DNA of 32,559 nucleotides from Phoronis australis (Eukaryota; Animalia; Phoronida). The notes under the pieces were generated by a model. The model was not told the DNA's origin. It was given only the letters and a program-made list of their open reading frames with translations, and made no database searches. Of the stretch, positions 23,401 to 31,715 are shown one piece after another. The DNA lies in NCBI GenBank assembly GCA_002633005.1, contig NMRA01000934.1, positions 62,267-94,825 of the forward strand, written 5' to 3'. The position numbers were made by a program, and so were the translations under genes. Positions within the stretch are counted from its first letter, which is position 1. Each line of letters begins with the position of its first letter.

Positions 23401-26400
23401 GTTTTCGGATGAATTGTACCTTTTTGCACCATCTAGTGGCCATTCGCATGACACAAATAAACAACCCTAAAGCACACCATTTTTGATGCATTCATGGGCA
23501 CATTGCGTTGCTCTTGTCCATAACTGTGGCATTTTATGTGTTTAAAAGTTTCTGTGCCACGCTTTGTGTTATAGCGTGTATCTCATTTCCTACGTGTGCC
23601 TGCAGATAACACAACTTTCATCGTCTTGTGTCAAGTATAGCAATAGTACAGACCTTGGAAGCATGGTCAATTTCGCTGAGCCGCTGTTGACTCTTCTTGA
23701 ATTGTGGGAATCTTTGCTTTTTGTTCATGCTTTGCATCATAAAATGTTCTTCCTTTAATGCATTTCAATAGAGTCTTAATTTTAGTCACCCTATTGCGTA
23801 AGTCTTTAATTAATTGCTTTTATTTCTGTTTTTAGCAACTGTGTTTTCAGAAAGTCATGTTTTGTTTTGTTAAAGAAACTTACAAAACTATTAGTATCAC
23901 AATACTAAATATTTTAATTTGTGGGCAATGTGCAGTCAACCTTTTGAAAATAAATCAATATTAAATGTCGAGGGTTAAAAAATTAATGAAATAGCTTTGA
24001 AACACTTTCTGTTGGGGAGTCTCATCTTGAATAAATCTTTTTTTTTCAGAATTTGACGCAATAGATGACCGCATTGTGTGTGAATACGAACAAGAACACG
24101 ACAAAAGAGAAGAAAAGTTGGAAGAAACATTCGGCAGTTATGTCCAGCCAACACTTGAACGACTGGTCTATAGAGTGAGTGGCTGCACTGTTTTAACAAC
24201 TAATTATTAACACCCAATTGGTAACTGAAAATGTGTTTTTTGGTTTTGATTCAGCTATCCAAACTGAAACATGTTTTGATTAGTAAAAAGTTGCTAAATT
24301 TGGTTGATAAGACGCTGAATTGAAACATGAACATATTTTTATCAGAGAACTTAAGATATTTAAGACGGTTATTTTCCAGGCAATTTATCTAGTATCCCCT
24401 TGTAACTGTGAACTAGTGGTAAGAAACTCGGAGAGTGAAAGATAAGACGATCTTCAGAGGAAGGGAATCCCATCATTAGATGTTTCGGCCTTTAAACTTC
24501 CTGACATATTCTAGGACCCTGGCCACATGGGGGTCATGACTTCCAATGTCCGTCTATCTTTTTTTGTCCCATGGGGGGAATCGAACCTGTGCCATCACAG
24601 TTGCTGGTCTTGTAGCCTGTGGATTTGACCACTCGGCCACTGCCCCTCTGGAAATAAGTGTGATTTATTCCTTACATGGTAGGGTCTCGTTTTGTTTACA
24701 CCAAATCCAACACGATGCATTTTGTTATACATGCCATATCTTTTACAACTTTGCATATCCTTCTGCCACTCAAGCCAAGACTCTTCAAGAACGAGTACAT
24801 GGATGCAGCCATGAAACCTCTGGCCCCTATCTCAACTGCGAAGATTGAAGTACTAGTTCCTTCGTTTCTGAGATTGTTTACAAGTCCTTGGTACTTGGCC
24901 ATCTTGTATTCGTGTTGCTCTTCTATATTTGTCTCATATGGGACAGTTAGTTCCGCTAGGATGCATGTTGGCGGGTTACTGGAGTTGAGAACACTGTCTG
25001 GTCTTGCTCCCGTTTTCTTTATTGCATCAGGATAGTCGGGATACCACTTTAGGTCTGCAGACATCTTCCAGTTCCCTTGCTGAGAAACCCAGGTTTTTCC
25101 GTATTGCAAGCAACCCGGCTGGCCTTTTGTGTTCTTGCACTGATGAATTGTTTGGATGGCTGTTGGGAAGGACATGGATTACCTATGTTCTCCTGAATTA
25201 TACTTGCAAGAACCTCCAGAACCTTATTATGGCGCCATGTGTATCGCCCTTCCGCGAGAGCCACTGTACATGCAGAGAGAATATGTTGCAGCGTCTGTCT
25301 TTTTCCACATAGAGGACATCTCTCATCATTTTCCTTATTCCATTGCACCAGATGTGCCTTTGTTGGCAGAACGTCATATGCGGCGCGGATGCTGAAGGCC
25401 AGTTTCATTGGCGGGGTCTGCCAGATGTCGTTCCATGAAATGGACTTCTGTAACGCATTTTCCCAGTTCAGCCATTGTCCTTCGAGTCCTTGTTGGGCAG
25501 CTGCTTGCAGTCGCTTGCAGTCTTCCTCTGCCTGCACCTCCTGTAATATCATGTCCCTCTTTTCTGAAGTCCTGGACATAATACATAATATGTCTCAGTT
25601 GTTTAATTAGTTTACTGTTGGTTAACTTTGTAACTGAAGGTTCTTCTTTAAAGGCTGTAAATTTTGTTCAAGTATTCCAACTAATTAAACTTGCATGAGA
25701 GACATATTTTGGCTAATGATGTCCTTTTTTGTCTTGGTCTAATGACATCAACGACAACCCTAGATCTTTCAAATGCTCACTTGTTGCATCACTTGCCTGG
25801 TTTCTGGTAAAGACAATTAGCATTTCATTGAATATACTTGGTCATAAAAATTCCAAAGTATTCTTTAGTCATCAATGAAATAAGGAAACCTGACTGTTGT
25901 TCTACATGTAGACGCTAGGTTCCGTTTCATGAAACTATTTTAGCCTTAGCCTAGACCAAAATAACAATGCTCTTTTCCACTACATGTCACGTTGCGCTTG
26001 TTGGACAATATTGTTGACGTCATGCCAACAAACTTGTTACTTAAACTTTCATGAGATGGAGCCCTGTGCCCTGTTGCATGAAACTATCCCAAATAGGGAC
26101 TCGACTAAGATCCGTAAATCTTCTGCATATTTGTGTCATTCTTTACTCACAAAAAATGTAATCTTTTACAATCATTTTATCTTTATTATGAACTTCTCTT
26201 CGACTGGTTACATTTTCTAATATGTTACTAAAATCTGAGCCCTTAGTTTCATGACTAATAGATAGGGACTTAGTCGTAAGTTAGGGGTGTTGCATGAAAA
26301 GATCCCTACCTATTTTTAATGATATTGAGAATTAAACTTACTCTTGCTTTGTGTCAAAATCAAAAACTGAGTTAGCAATGAATCTAAAACAGCATAAGAA

Positions 26401-28340
26401 AAGACAATCGGTGTTTCCATAAGTCCTCAAATATGCAGTAGGTTTAGGGAACTTAGTTGAGTCCCTATATGGGACTGTTTCATGCAATCTGGCACTCGGC
26501 TCCAATCCGAGGTCATACAGTAAGATGTTGCTTTTTATTAAAGAACAGCATCTTCGAAACAGAACAACATCTATACTGGGGGAAGTGGGTTAACGGCTGC
26601 TGCCGTTCGGTGGAAATTATCCATAGGCAGAGGAAATTAACATTTTTGGAAGTGCTGTTGATAAGGAGGGGAACCTGCCAAAATGGTATTTTGTGTACTG
26701 TTACCTAGTGGCTGTGTTGTTTCTTTTTTGCATCCGCCCCTTGCAGGATCTTTGTGAAATATGGCAAATGTATTCCTATGACCATGGCAACTGATGACAA
26801 CTTCTTTTGGATAGAAGTGCCATTGTGTCTCCTAGTGGCAAGTTTTTTTTCTTGTTCGCATCTCTATATTCAGAGTTCCTGTATGATGTTTCATGATATT
26901 TAGCAAAGAAGGTTTTCTTACAGAGAATACAGTCACCTACCATTTTGGTATGGGTTTGACAAATTCTGCGCCAGCTATTGGAATTTTTAAGATGTTAAAC
27001 ACCCTTAGAAGCATACTGTTTGCAGTGTAGTCATGAGTGCATTTCATCACTTTGCATTGCTTTTGTTTTTGAATGTCAGTTAATTAAGGATTAGGAAAAT
27101 CTTGTTAATTATATATATATAGAAAGAGAATTCACTCACTTTAGGTGCATATTTAGGCCCGTGCACTAATATCCCATATGTGAAACAGTTGATTCAAGTG
27201 TTAAACCCGGGAGCACATTTTTCAAACATGTGAGTGAATCCTGATTTACCTGTTACAAAATGGTGTATGTTGAGGTGTATTCAATTGATATCAAAGCAGC
27301 TATAAACACCCCTTCAGTAAGAAATAACTTTTAATTTATGATGCTTACCAAATGAATGTGTAAATCTTAAACCAGCGTGGAAGTATAGATCGCAAAGTTC
27401 GTTTTTAAGTTTGATCTGCATGCAACTTGTCAACCACATGATTTGACCTAGTTCGACTAGAATTCTGCTCCAATCACGACTTGAACCCGGGACCTTCTGC
27501 TAGTTGCCGAGACACTATAGTGGCGGAGACGGGAGATCCCGGGTTCGAGTCCTGGTCGGGGCAGAAATCTTTTCCGACTTGCATTTGTCACGTGATGTTG
27601 TCAACAGGTGGTGTGCAGACCAGACTTAAAATGTTTGTGACACTTAACAATGTAAATCAGGTCTGAATTTGTTCCTTACTCAAATTAGAGACAGGTTTGA
27701 TAAGTTAGCTTGTCGCACTTGTCATTTTATGTGCCAAGCATGGTCTCGAGTTCTTCTAAACTTCCAGTTCTTCCATCTGAGTAAGAAACAAGTTGAGACC
27801 AATTTTATTGAAAAAGTGATCCAGGTCAAGTTATTTTTGAGGACCAAAGAGAGGTTATAACTGCTGTAATTATTTAAATGAAAAATATTGGAACTATACA
27901 GAAAACGCACGAATAAGATGAGTTTAAGATGTGCACATATGCAAGAGATAGTTACTACGAGAAAAAAATTGAAAGATATATTTGGATATAGGCCCATGGT
28001 CTAAATATGTAAATATAAAATATGAGGACTGCCAATATATCTAGTTCAATGTATGTAACACATTTAATAACTCCATATTTCATGTTGGTAAGACATGTTG
28101 TTAAAAAATCTATTTAAGCTGGAAACAAGATTTCGAGGGCATGAGATGATACCTGGGATGGAAGTCAGTCAGGAGCCCTTCAATTGTCACGTGAAGTTTG
28201 AAGGAGCCAGCGTTCTTGAAGGCATAAGGAATATGGCGACTTGTGGCTTAGCAACACTACCTTTGCCAAAACATCTTGGGGATGTTCACTCATTGGCCAG
28301 GAACCATTTTGTGATAGGAGATAAGAAACGAAAGACATAA
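1766..28340 (+). CDS. CENPN: Centromere protein N (CENP-N/Chl4/Mis15 family), 9 coding exons, 345 aa: join(1766-1927,5227-5272,9807-9866,11118-11194,12882-13043,16891-16992,21262-21343,24050-24174,28119-28340)
   Basis: All introns are GT-AG, with compatible phases (0,1,1,0,0,0,1,0), and the exons total 1038 nt with no internal stop. The translation is colinear with vertebrate CENP-N as I recall it: ILKKW..IIKLCE-KR..VLDLI, IWTRL..FIVYYPRTPF, HLDSL, DDRIVCE..ETFGSYVQPTLE..YRLETRF, EPFNCHVKFEGASVLEGIRNMATCGLATLPLP..RNHFVIGDK. Confidence 0.92.
2180..2860. mobile_element. Degenerate hAT-like MITE
   Basis: Termini CTAGGCTTGCATTAG ... TTAGCACGAGCCTAG, with repeated TCGCCA/TGGCGA subterminal motifs. 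No clean 8-bp TSD. Confidence 0.35.
4010..4378 (+). mobile_element. 3' end of a Tx1/L1-like non-LTR retrotransposon (decayed)
   Basis: ORF 4030-4284 (G..VFNLIIPLAKKHIYCRK..P..IRNLFHIQK..FFQSW) resembles the Tx1/L1 ORF2 C-terminus (NxxxxxAKxxIY). It is followed by a T-rich UTR and AATAAA-tgttAAAAAA at 4363-4378. Confidence 0.6.
4655..4890. mobile_element. PIF/Harbinger-like MITE
   Basis: TIRs GGATGTGTTCCAAGAAACTGACTTA and TAAGTCAGTTTTGTTGGAACGGGCCC, flanked by 3-bp CAG duplicates (4652-4654, 4891-4893). Confidence 0.7.
5227..5272 (+). CDS. CENPN: CENP-N exon 2 (KRKISTRDVGVLDLI)
   Basis: Acceptor ttcttgtttttgtag|AAA and donor T|gtaagt. Aligns with human KRASISDAALLDII. Confidence 0.9.
5545..5640 (+). 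mobile_element. Isolated pogo/Tigger-like terminal fragment
   Basis: CCGTA...TTACCGCCCAGGGCGCTTA...GGGGTGGGCGGTAA resembles the left end of the element at 18959. No partner TIR found. Confidence 0.45.
6480..6648. mobile_element. Short GC-rich MITE (CAG(T/G)GGC(G/A)GAT-type TIR); another end of the same type at ~7088-7129
   Basis: Termini CAGTGGCAGATTTAG ... CTGGATCTCCCCTG with G/C-run subtermini, flanked by a GAACA direct repeat (6475-6479, 6649-6653). CCCCCTAAATCTGCTTATG at ~7111-7129 is a further matching end. Confidence 0.55.
7204..8222 (-). mobile_element. Kolobok-like non-autonomous element with a decayed THAP-domain start
   Basis: Terminus reads TTAA|AGGCGAAGGCAAC on the minus strand (8226 downward). 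The minus ORF from 7957, MPRCCCVLGC, matches the THAP N-terminal MPxxCxxxxC motif and is then degenerate. The left boundary is uncertain. Confidence 0.5.
8571..9763 (+). mobile_element. Helentron-associated (HINE/DINE-like) element, copy 1
   Basis: Sub-terminal inverted repeats TTATGCGCCCAC ... GTGGGCGCATT, a TCCG/GTCC microsatellite near the 5' end, internal ~140-160 bp tandem units, and a 3' stem-loop followed by CTCTTGTTT in a T-rich site. Confidence 0.75.
9807..9866 (+). CDS. CENPN: CENP-N exon 3 (FTQFHSCRIKWSMYEFKKQP)
   Basis: Acceptor gctttcag|TT and donor CCAG|gtgagt, phase 1/1. Aligns with human YMQFHQHQKVWDVFQM. Confidence 0.88.
10067..10926. repeat. 32-bp minisatellite, ~27 copies, consensus GATGATGTGTTCTAGTTGTACTCAGCCATCAT
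   Basis: TACTCAGCC recurs every 32 nt (e.g. ~10151, 10183, 10215, 10247), with a few 29-nt units. Lies in CENPN intron 3. Confidence 0.97.
11118..11194 (+). CDS. CENPN: CENP-N exon 4 (GESYDIVDSEEFENRLRKQMTLFFNF)
   Basis: Acceptor tgtttgcag|GT and donor TTT|gtgagt, phase 1/0. It links exons 3 and 5 in frame. Confidence 0.85.
11421..11489. repeat. Interrupted (CA)n microsatellite
   Basis: Directly visible CA run with CT/CG interruptions. Confidence 0.98.
12882..13043 (+). CDS. CENPN: CENP-N exon 5 (EMCVESYSGAIWTRL...DYILQ)
   Basis: Acceptor caacag|GAG and donor CAG|gtaatc. The AIWTRL and FIVYYPRTPF motifs match CENP-N AVWIRI and YVVYYSQTPY. Confidence 0.9.
14330..14590 (-). mobile_element. 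3' end of an L2/CR1-group non-LTR retrotransposon (decayed)
   Basis: Minus ORF 14305-14598 (VEDWYHFLLSYDKYSELRENYI..PSFFKFNRLMS..AFRLR) matches the EDExHFLxxCxxYxxLR..KFxxLM..AFxxR C-terminal pattern. Confidence 0.7.
15950..16560. repeat. ~610 bp imperfect palindrome, possibly a Crypton-like non-autonomous element
   Basis: ctcatcacgagaccttcgtcgggtggaatggcgggtaa (~16008-16045) pairs with ttacctgccattccacccgacaaaggtctcgagatgag (~16474-16511), and pairing continues to a centre near 16250. Confidence 0.88.
16891..16992 (+). CDS. CENPN: CENP-N exon 6 (SLMNMVDVSELRDCRLTGYHLDSLAQLGLNRHSQ)
   Basis: Acceptor tgtgttacag|TCT and donor CAG|gtattg. LTGYHLDSL matches human LRSRYLDSL. Confidence 0.9.
18959..20475. 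mobile_element. pogo/Tc1-mariner-type non-autonomous element with a TA target duplication
   Basis: TA|CCTTATTTGCCGTAGTAACCACCC ... GGGCGGTTATTACGGCAAATACAG|TA (TA at 18957-58 and 20476-77). The flanks rejoin into an intact HINE unit. Confidence 0.85.
20040..20315 (+). pseudogene. Decayed HIRAN-like ORF carried by the TIR element
   Basis: Reads SIRGFHVVYKEIWIPVENG..NTVDKYTTSV..PLKISKTFVFVLRHGGSLKCIVT..CGLQILRTMIF, matching the IRGxHVYKxxW..NxxDxxAVxV..GHVP..GG..C.VTG..GLEIPC pattern of stand-alone metazoan HIRAN-like proteins. There is an in-frame TAG at 20037 and there are internal deletions. Confidence 0.65.
21262..21343 (+). CDS. CENPN: CENP-N exon 7 (GGFSKYRLNEGSTNPLSLRRGQKRKHT), linker with a basic NLS-like patch
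   Basis: Acceptor gttgtgctag|GGC and donor ACAG|gtaagc. Its phase (0/1) is exactly what is needed to join exons 6 and 8. Similarity to vertebrate CENP-N is low here. Confidence 0.8.
21828..23517 (+). mobile_element. HINE-like element, copy 3
   Basis: 5' TGTGCGCCCAC..CCGTCCGTCC, about three rounds of the three internal unit types, and 3' GCATTCATGGGCACATTGCGTTGCTCTTGT. Confidence 0.75.
24050..24174 (+). CDS. CENPN: CENP-N exon 8 (EFDAIDDRIVCE...QPTLERLVYR)
   Basis: Acceptor tttttttttcag|AA and donor AGA|gtgagt. Matches human DSRIIHEN...ETFGDYPQPQLEFAQYK. Confidence 0.92.
24435..25582 (-). mobile_element. 5'-truncated RLE-type non-LTR retrotransposon (HERO-like), antisense in CENPN intron 8
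   Basis: CCHC knuckle CPLC..TLQHILSAC, GRYTWRHNKVL, and a PD-(D/E)xK-type nuclease RPDSVL..AELTVPYE..KMAKY..VEIGARGF. Frameshifts near 25075 and 24725. The original stop is probably TAA at 24667-24665 (..SCWIWCKQNETLPCKE*). Confidence 0.9.
24568..24646 (-). other. tRNA-derived Pol III module (SINE-head/pseudo-tRNA)
   Basis: The minus strand has A box TGGCCGAGTGG (24639-24629) and B box GGTTCGATTCC (24587-24577). Acceptor and anticodon stems pair poorly, so it is not called a functional tRNA. Confidence 0.75.
25916..26310. mobile_element. Two adjacent Harbinger-like MITEs (25916-26066 and ~26065-26310)
   Basis: First: TAGGTTCCGTTTCATGAAA / TTTCATGAGATGGAGCCCTG. Second: GCCCTGTTGCATGAAAC / GTTGCATGAAAAGATCCC, with TATCCC/TAGGGAC subterminal motifs. 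Confidence 0.5.
26600..27068 (+). mobile_element. Older, partial HINE-like copy 4
   Basis: Diverged CCTAGTGGC units and 3' module (aaacacccttagaagcatac...catgagtgcatttcatcactttgcattgcttttgttt). The left boundary is approximate. Confidence 0.55.
27414..27620. repeat. Palindrome built from two inverted tRNA-like 3' halves
   Basis: ttctgctccaatcacgacttgaacccgggaccttc (27463-27497) is the imperfect reverse complement of ggagatcccgggttcgagtcctggtcggggcagaa (27532-27566). Each arm carries a B box. Confidence 0.8.
28119..28340 (+). CDS. CENPN: CENP-N exon 9 (LETRFRG...GDKKRKT*), C-terminal CENP-L-binding region
   Basis: Part of ORF 28095-28340. The acceptor tatttaag|CTG gives YR|LETRF, matching human YKLETKF. 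Stop TAA at 28338-28340. Confidence 0.88.
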   Translation: METRFRGHEMIPGMEVSQEPFNCHVKFEGASVLEGIRNMATCGLATLPLPKHLGDVHSLARNHFVIGDKKRKT

Positions 28341-31049
28341 ATCAATCCTCAGTGTTCCTCATCGGAGAAAGACATGCTAGGTATACAGTTGTTGCATGTC
28401 GTGTTCTATTGCAGCTTGCTTCAGTCAGCTTGGAGCTAGGATTGAGTAATTGTTCTTTGAGCAAGTCTACAAGCTGTTGATTTAGAAAGCTAAAGTTTTG
28501 TTAGCACTAGCTTTTTATATTTTTCTGTGGGTTTTGAGAACCTATATGTTACTGCTTATGAATTATTTTAATAAGATCGGATGTCAGACATTATGCAAAT
28601 TAGGTGGTAGCTCCATTTCTCCTCGAGGTATGAAAAGCAGGATAATGCAATGTACTCGAAGTTCGTTATAAATAGTTTTGAGCCAAATTTAAAGGTCTGG
28701 TTATGAGGTCATCTTGATTTGAATTCTTTTATGTTTCTTTATGAGTACCGGAAGTGTTTATTTTTCGATTTTATTTAAGTACCATTTTAGTATAACAATT
28801 TAAGGTTAAGTAGGACCTTATCAACAGGTCTGTGAATTAACTTAGAAAATTATAGATTTTAACTCAGTAAAAGCATACGTATTTTCTAATAGTAGAAAGC
28901 ATGTAGAATGTGATTTTTACCAGTCTTTTGTTAATTGGGTCATGTGACAATGCCCTTTTAGCAAAATTCAGCAAAAATGCACATTGATAGCCAAACAAGA
29001 GCATCAACATGATCAAATTTTAAATGACATAAATGTTCATGGTGAGATATCAAAAATACTGTTACAGTTTTCTAAAATACATCATTTTCATTTTGTGCAC
29101 CTTTAAAAGTTTTTCCATGAAAGTCCTATTTTTGAGTCTCAGATGTAAAAGTGGAATATATAAACAATTCCTAACACAGTTTTTAAGAATTTTGCATAAA
29201 TCATAGTATCTGAAAGTTTCATATGAATTTATCAGCCATTTCTGATATATAATGCTCAGAAGCCAAATTTGGCCATTTTTATAGTCGTCTTACATAACCT
29301 TAAGTTAGCCAGAGAAGATTTGTTTAAAACAAGATATTTGTTTTTGTAAACAACTGTTATACATGTATATTTTAGATGTTTTATCACCTAGGGAGAAGAA
29401 ATAGGTAAAATTCACTGTGCAGGCACACACGTACATTGGCTATGTCTCTAAATCCAATGCCTCTGTAACCGTCATGAATCAAATGTGGGTGGACCCACAA
29501 ACTTTGTGTGGTGAAGCACTGAATCATATGGCTGTACTCTGTATATACTACATTATGAGGTCAGATGCTCTCAGTTCTGGCACCTACTATCAATTGGCCA
29601 GTGCATTGATGAGTCATCTGCTGGATGGATTCTGCACACGTGAGAACATGTTTTATGCAGAATGTTTGAATGGCGACAAGAATGAGAATGTTTTGCATTG
29701 CCTTTTACTAATAGCATATTCTCTGCTAAATACAACATTTCTATTACTAGCATCACTAACTTTATCAGAAGTTGATGGCACAGGCAGATTGTTACTACAT
29801 ATTTTTGCTGGAAATTGAAATACAGGCTTGACTGAAAAAAGGTTCAAAGCCCTTTATTGACATGAATGGACAGTCGTATTGCTTTGGGCTCTTTGGTTCA
29901 CACAGTTCCCCCAGTAATGAAATTCTGTTATCAATGAACTGTCTGGTACACAGTGCAAATGGGGTAAACAAACCCTTACCATAGGACCAACGTTTACCAG
30001 GGCACTTCAGAACCTGAACCTCTGCCAGTCCAAGTGGCTAAAACTTGCAATGTAGTTTTTGCACGATTGTGTTTATCAAATTACACCAATACATCGTGGA
30101 ATGGCATCCTGATGCTCTCTTTACCCTACTTTCCTCTAGCAACCTGTTAATACACTTGCCATATTTTTCCTTAGTATTTGTGCCTAGTGGTCAGTTACAG
30201 TTCAGGTTCTAAGAATTTTTTGTGTGCGATGTTTTTGTGGTGCGTTGTGGTAAGGATTCCACTTCATGGCAACAGCTCTGCTCCCCTTGGTAAGGATTTG
30301 TTCTACCTGCACGACCCAACTTTTAAACATCCTACAGGTAAAATTTCTAAGTTGGTTCTGGTGCATAGGAGCTGTAGTTAGTAGGGGCCTAAGAGGTGCA
30401 CATAACCCCCAATGATTGTGTTATGCATTCGAATTTCTATGATTTTTACCGAAAATTTTTACCTTTCTTTTTAATCTTCTGTGTACCAATGTGTTTTTGA
30501 AGAAAATAAAACTTTTTAACATGTCAAAAAGACTTTATTTTGCTTTTTAACACAATTCAGATGTTGCAGTCTCGGGTCCTAGCTTGTATTTGGACCCTCC
30601 AAAATGTTCTGTCGTGCAGTATCAAACATATGAATCAGTCATTAATCAGTCCAACACTCAACTAGTTTTTGTTCTTGTTGAAGTATTAAATTACTCGAAC
30701 AACAAAAGCAACATGAAGCACTGACATGCATCCTCACTGTGCATCGGAAACGGTAAACAAATAGGGGGTGCTCATTTTAAAATATTTCCATAGCAGTTGG
30801 GTTCATCCAAAAATCAACATCAGTCGTGAAGGCTTTAATTAGGAACAGGAAAAATTTTATGAAGATCCACCAAAGAACATGAAAGACAGAAAAGCTAACA
30901 ACGACAATTCATTAACTGCACCACAATAGTCGGATCCATCCAAAGATCAGCACCAGTCACGCTTTCCTCAATAGGAACACGTCAAATTTCAAAAACATTC
31001 ATCAACAACCTTTGATATTGGGGCAGATGCAGAGAAAACTAAAACTGCC

Positions 31050-31253
31050 ATCAAGTGTAAGGTTCGTCTCAACCTTTGAACTTTGAAACTTCCACATCCG
31101 GTAAATTAGTTAAATTAAAGATAAAACTTATGTCAAAAACTCAAGCCACACTAAAGATCACTTTCCTGGAAAAGATTTGAGCAAATTATTGTTTTATCTT
31201 AAAATTAACTAAACTTTACAATTTATCAAGTCAATTTTTTTGGAATAGGCCCC
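31050..31253. mobile_element. Partial second copy related to the Harbinger-like MITE at 4655-4890
   Basis: Shares aactttgaaact(c/t)ccacat(t/c)c(t/g)gtaa and the right end aagtca..ttggaa..ggcccc. Confidence 0.55.
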
Positions 31254-31715
31254 CAAACACTAAAGAACTAGCACGTCTGTGTGTGTGAGTGGGTGCGTTT
31301 CATTTTTGTGAGTAGATTTTAGAGCTCAAATGGGGGATAACAACATGTCCTTGGCAATAAAATATGGGAAATTACAACCTCGCACTGTAATACTCAACAG
31401 TATATGCCAAAAAAGGTATTCAGACAAAATGACCCAGAATTCCATCCTCATGACAGCCATGCAGAAGCCAAATTCATTGTAAGAGTAGTCTCCCCTGATG
31501 ACTGAGTATGAAGAAGAATTAACAGAGGAAATACGTAACATGGCTAAGCCATTTTGTAATTAGCCTTAATGATTATTTCTAATCTAGTTAATTTTGCTGT
31601 TTTTTTGTTTTTTCTTTTTAATTTTGCTGTTGACAGAATTAGCCGTCATGATGGGGAAAACGGTATTTTGTCTGCTTTTGTCTTGTAGAGTATATTTAAT
31701 TTCAGACATCCTTAA

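Noticed and set aside
24445-24510. Hammerhead ribozyme in the LINE tail (AUGUC, CGAAACAU, CUGAAGA on minus)
   Set aside because: The motif order and the missing stems I/II do not fit a canonical hammerhead topology. An Infernal search would be needed to revive it.
24568-24646. Functional tRNA-Leu/Ser gene
   Set aside because: A and B boxes are present, but the acceptor and anticodon stems do not pair and there is no T-run terminator.
29417-29818. 133-aa ORF downstream of CENPN
   Set aside because: GTG start, no recognisable domain and no convincing splice signals. Probably 3' UTR or intergenic.
30790-31010. Two diverged ~140-bp direct repeats (catccaaa.atca.ca.cagtc..ataggaaca)
   Set aside because: Probably an old repeat fragment, but too short and degenerate to classify.
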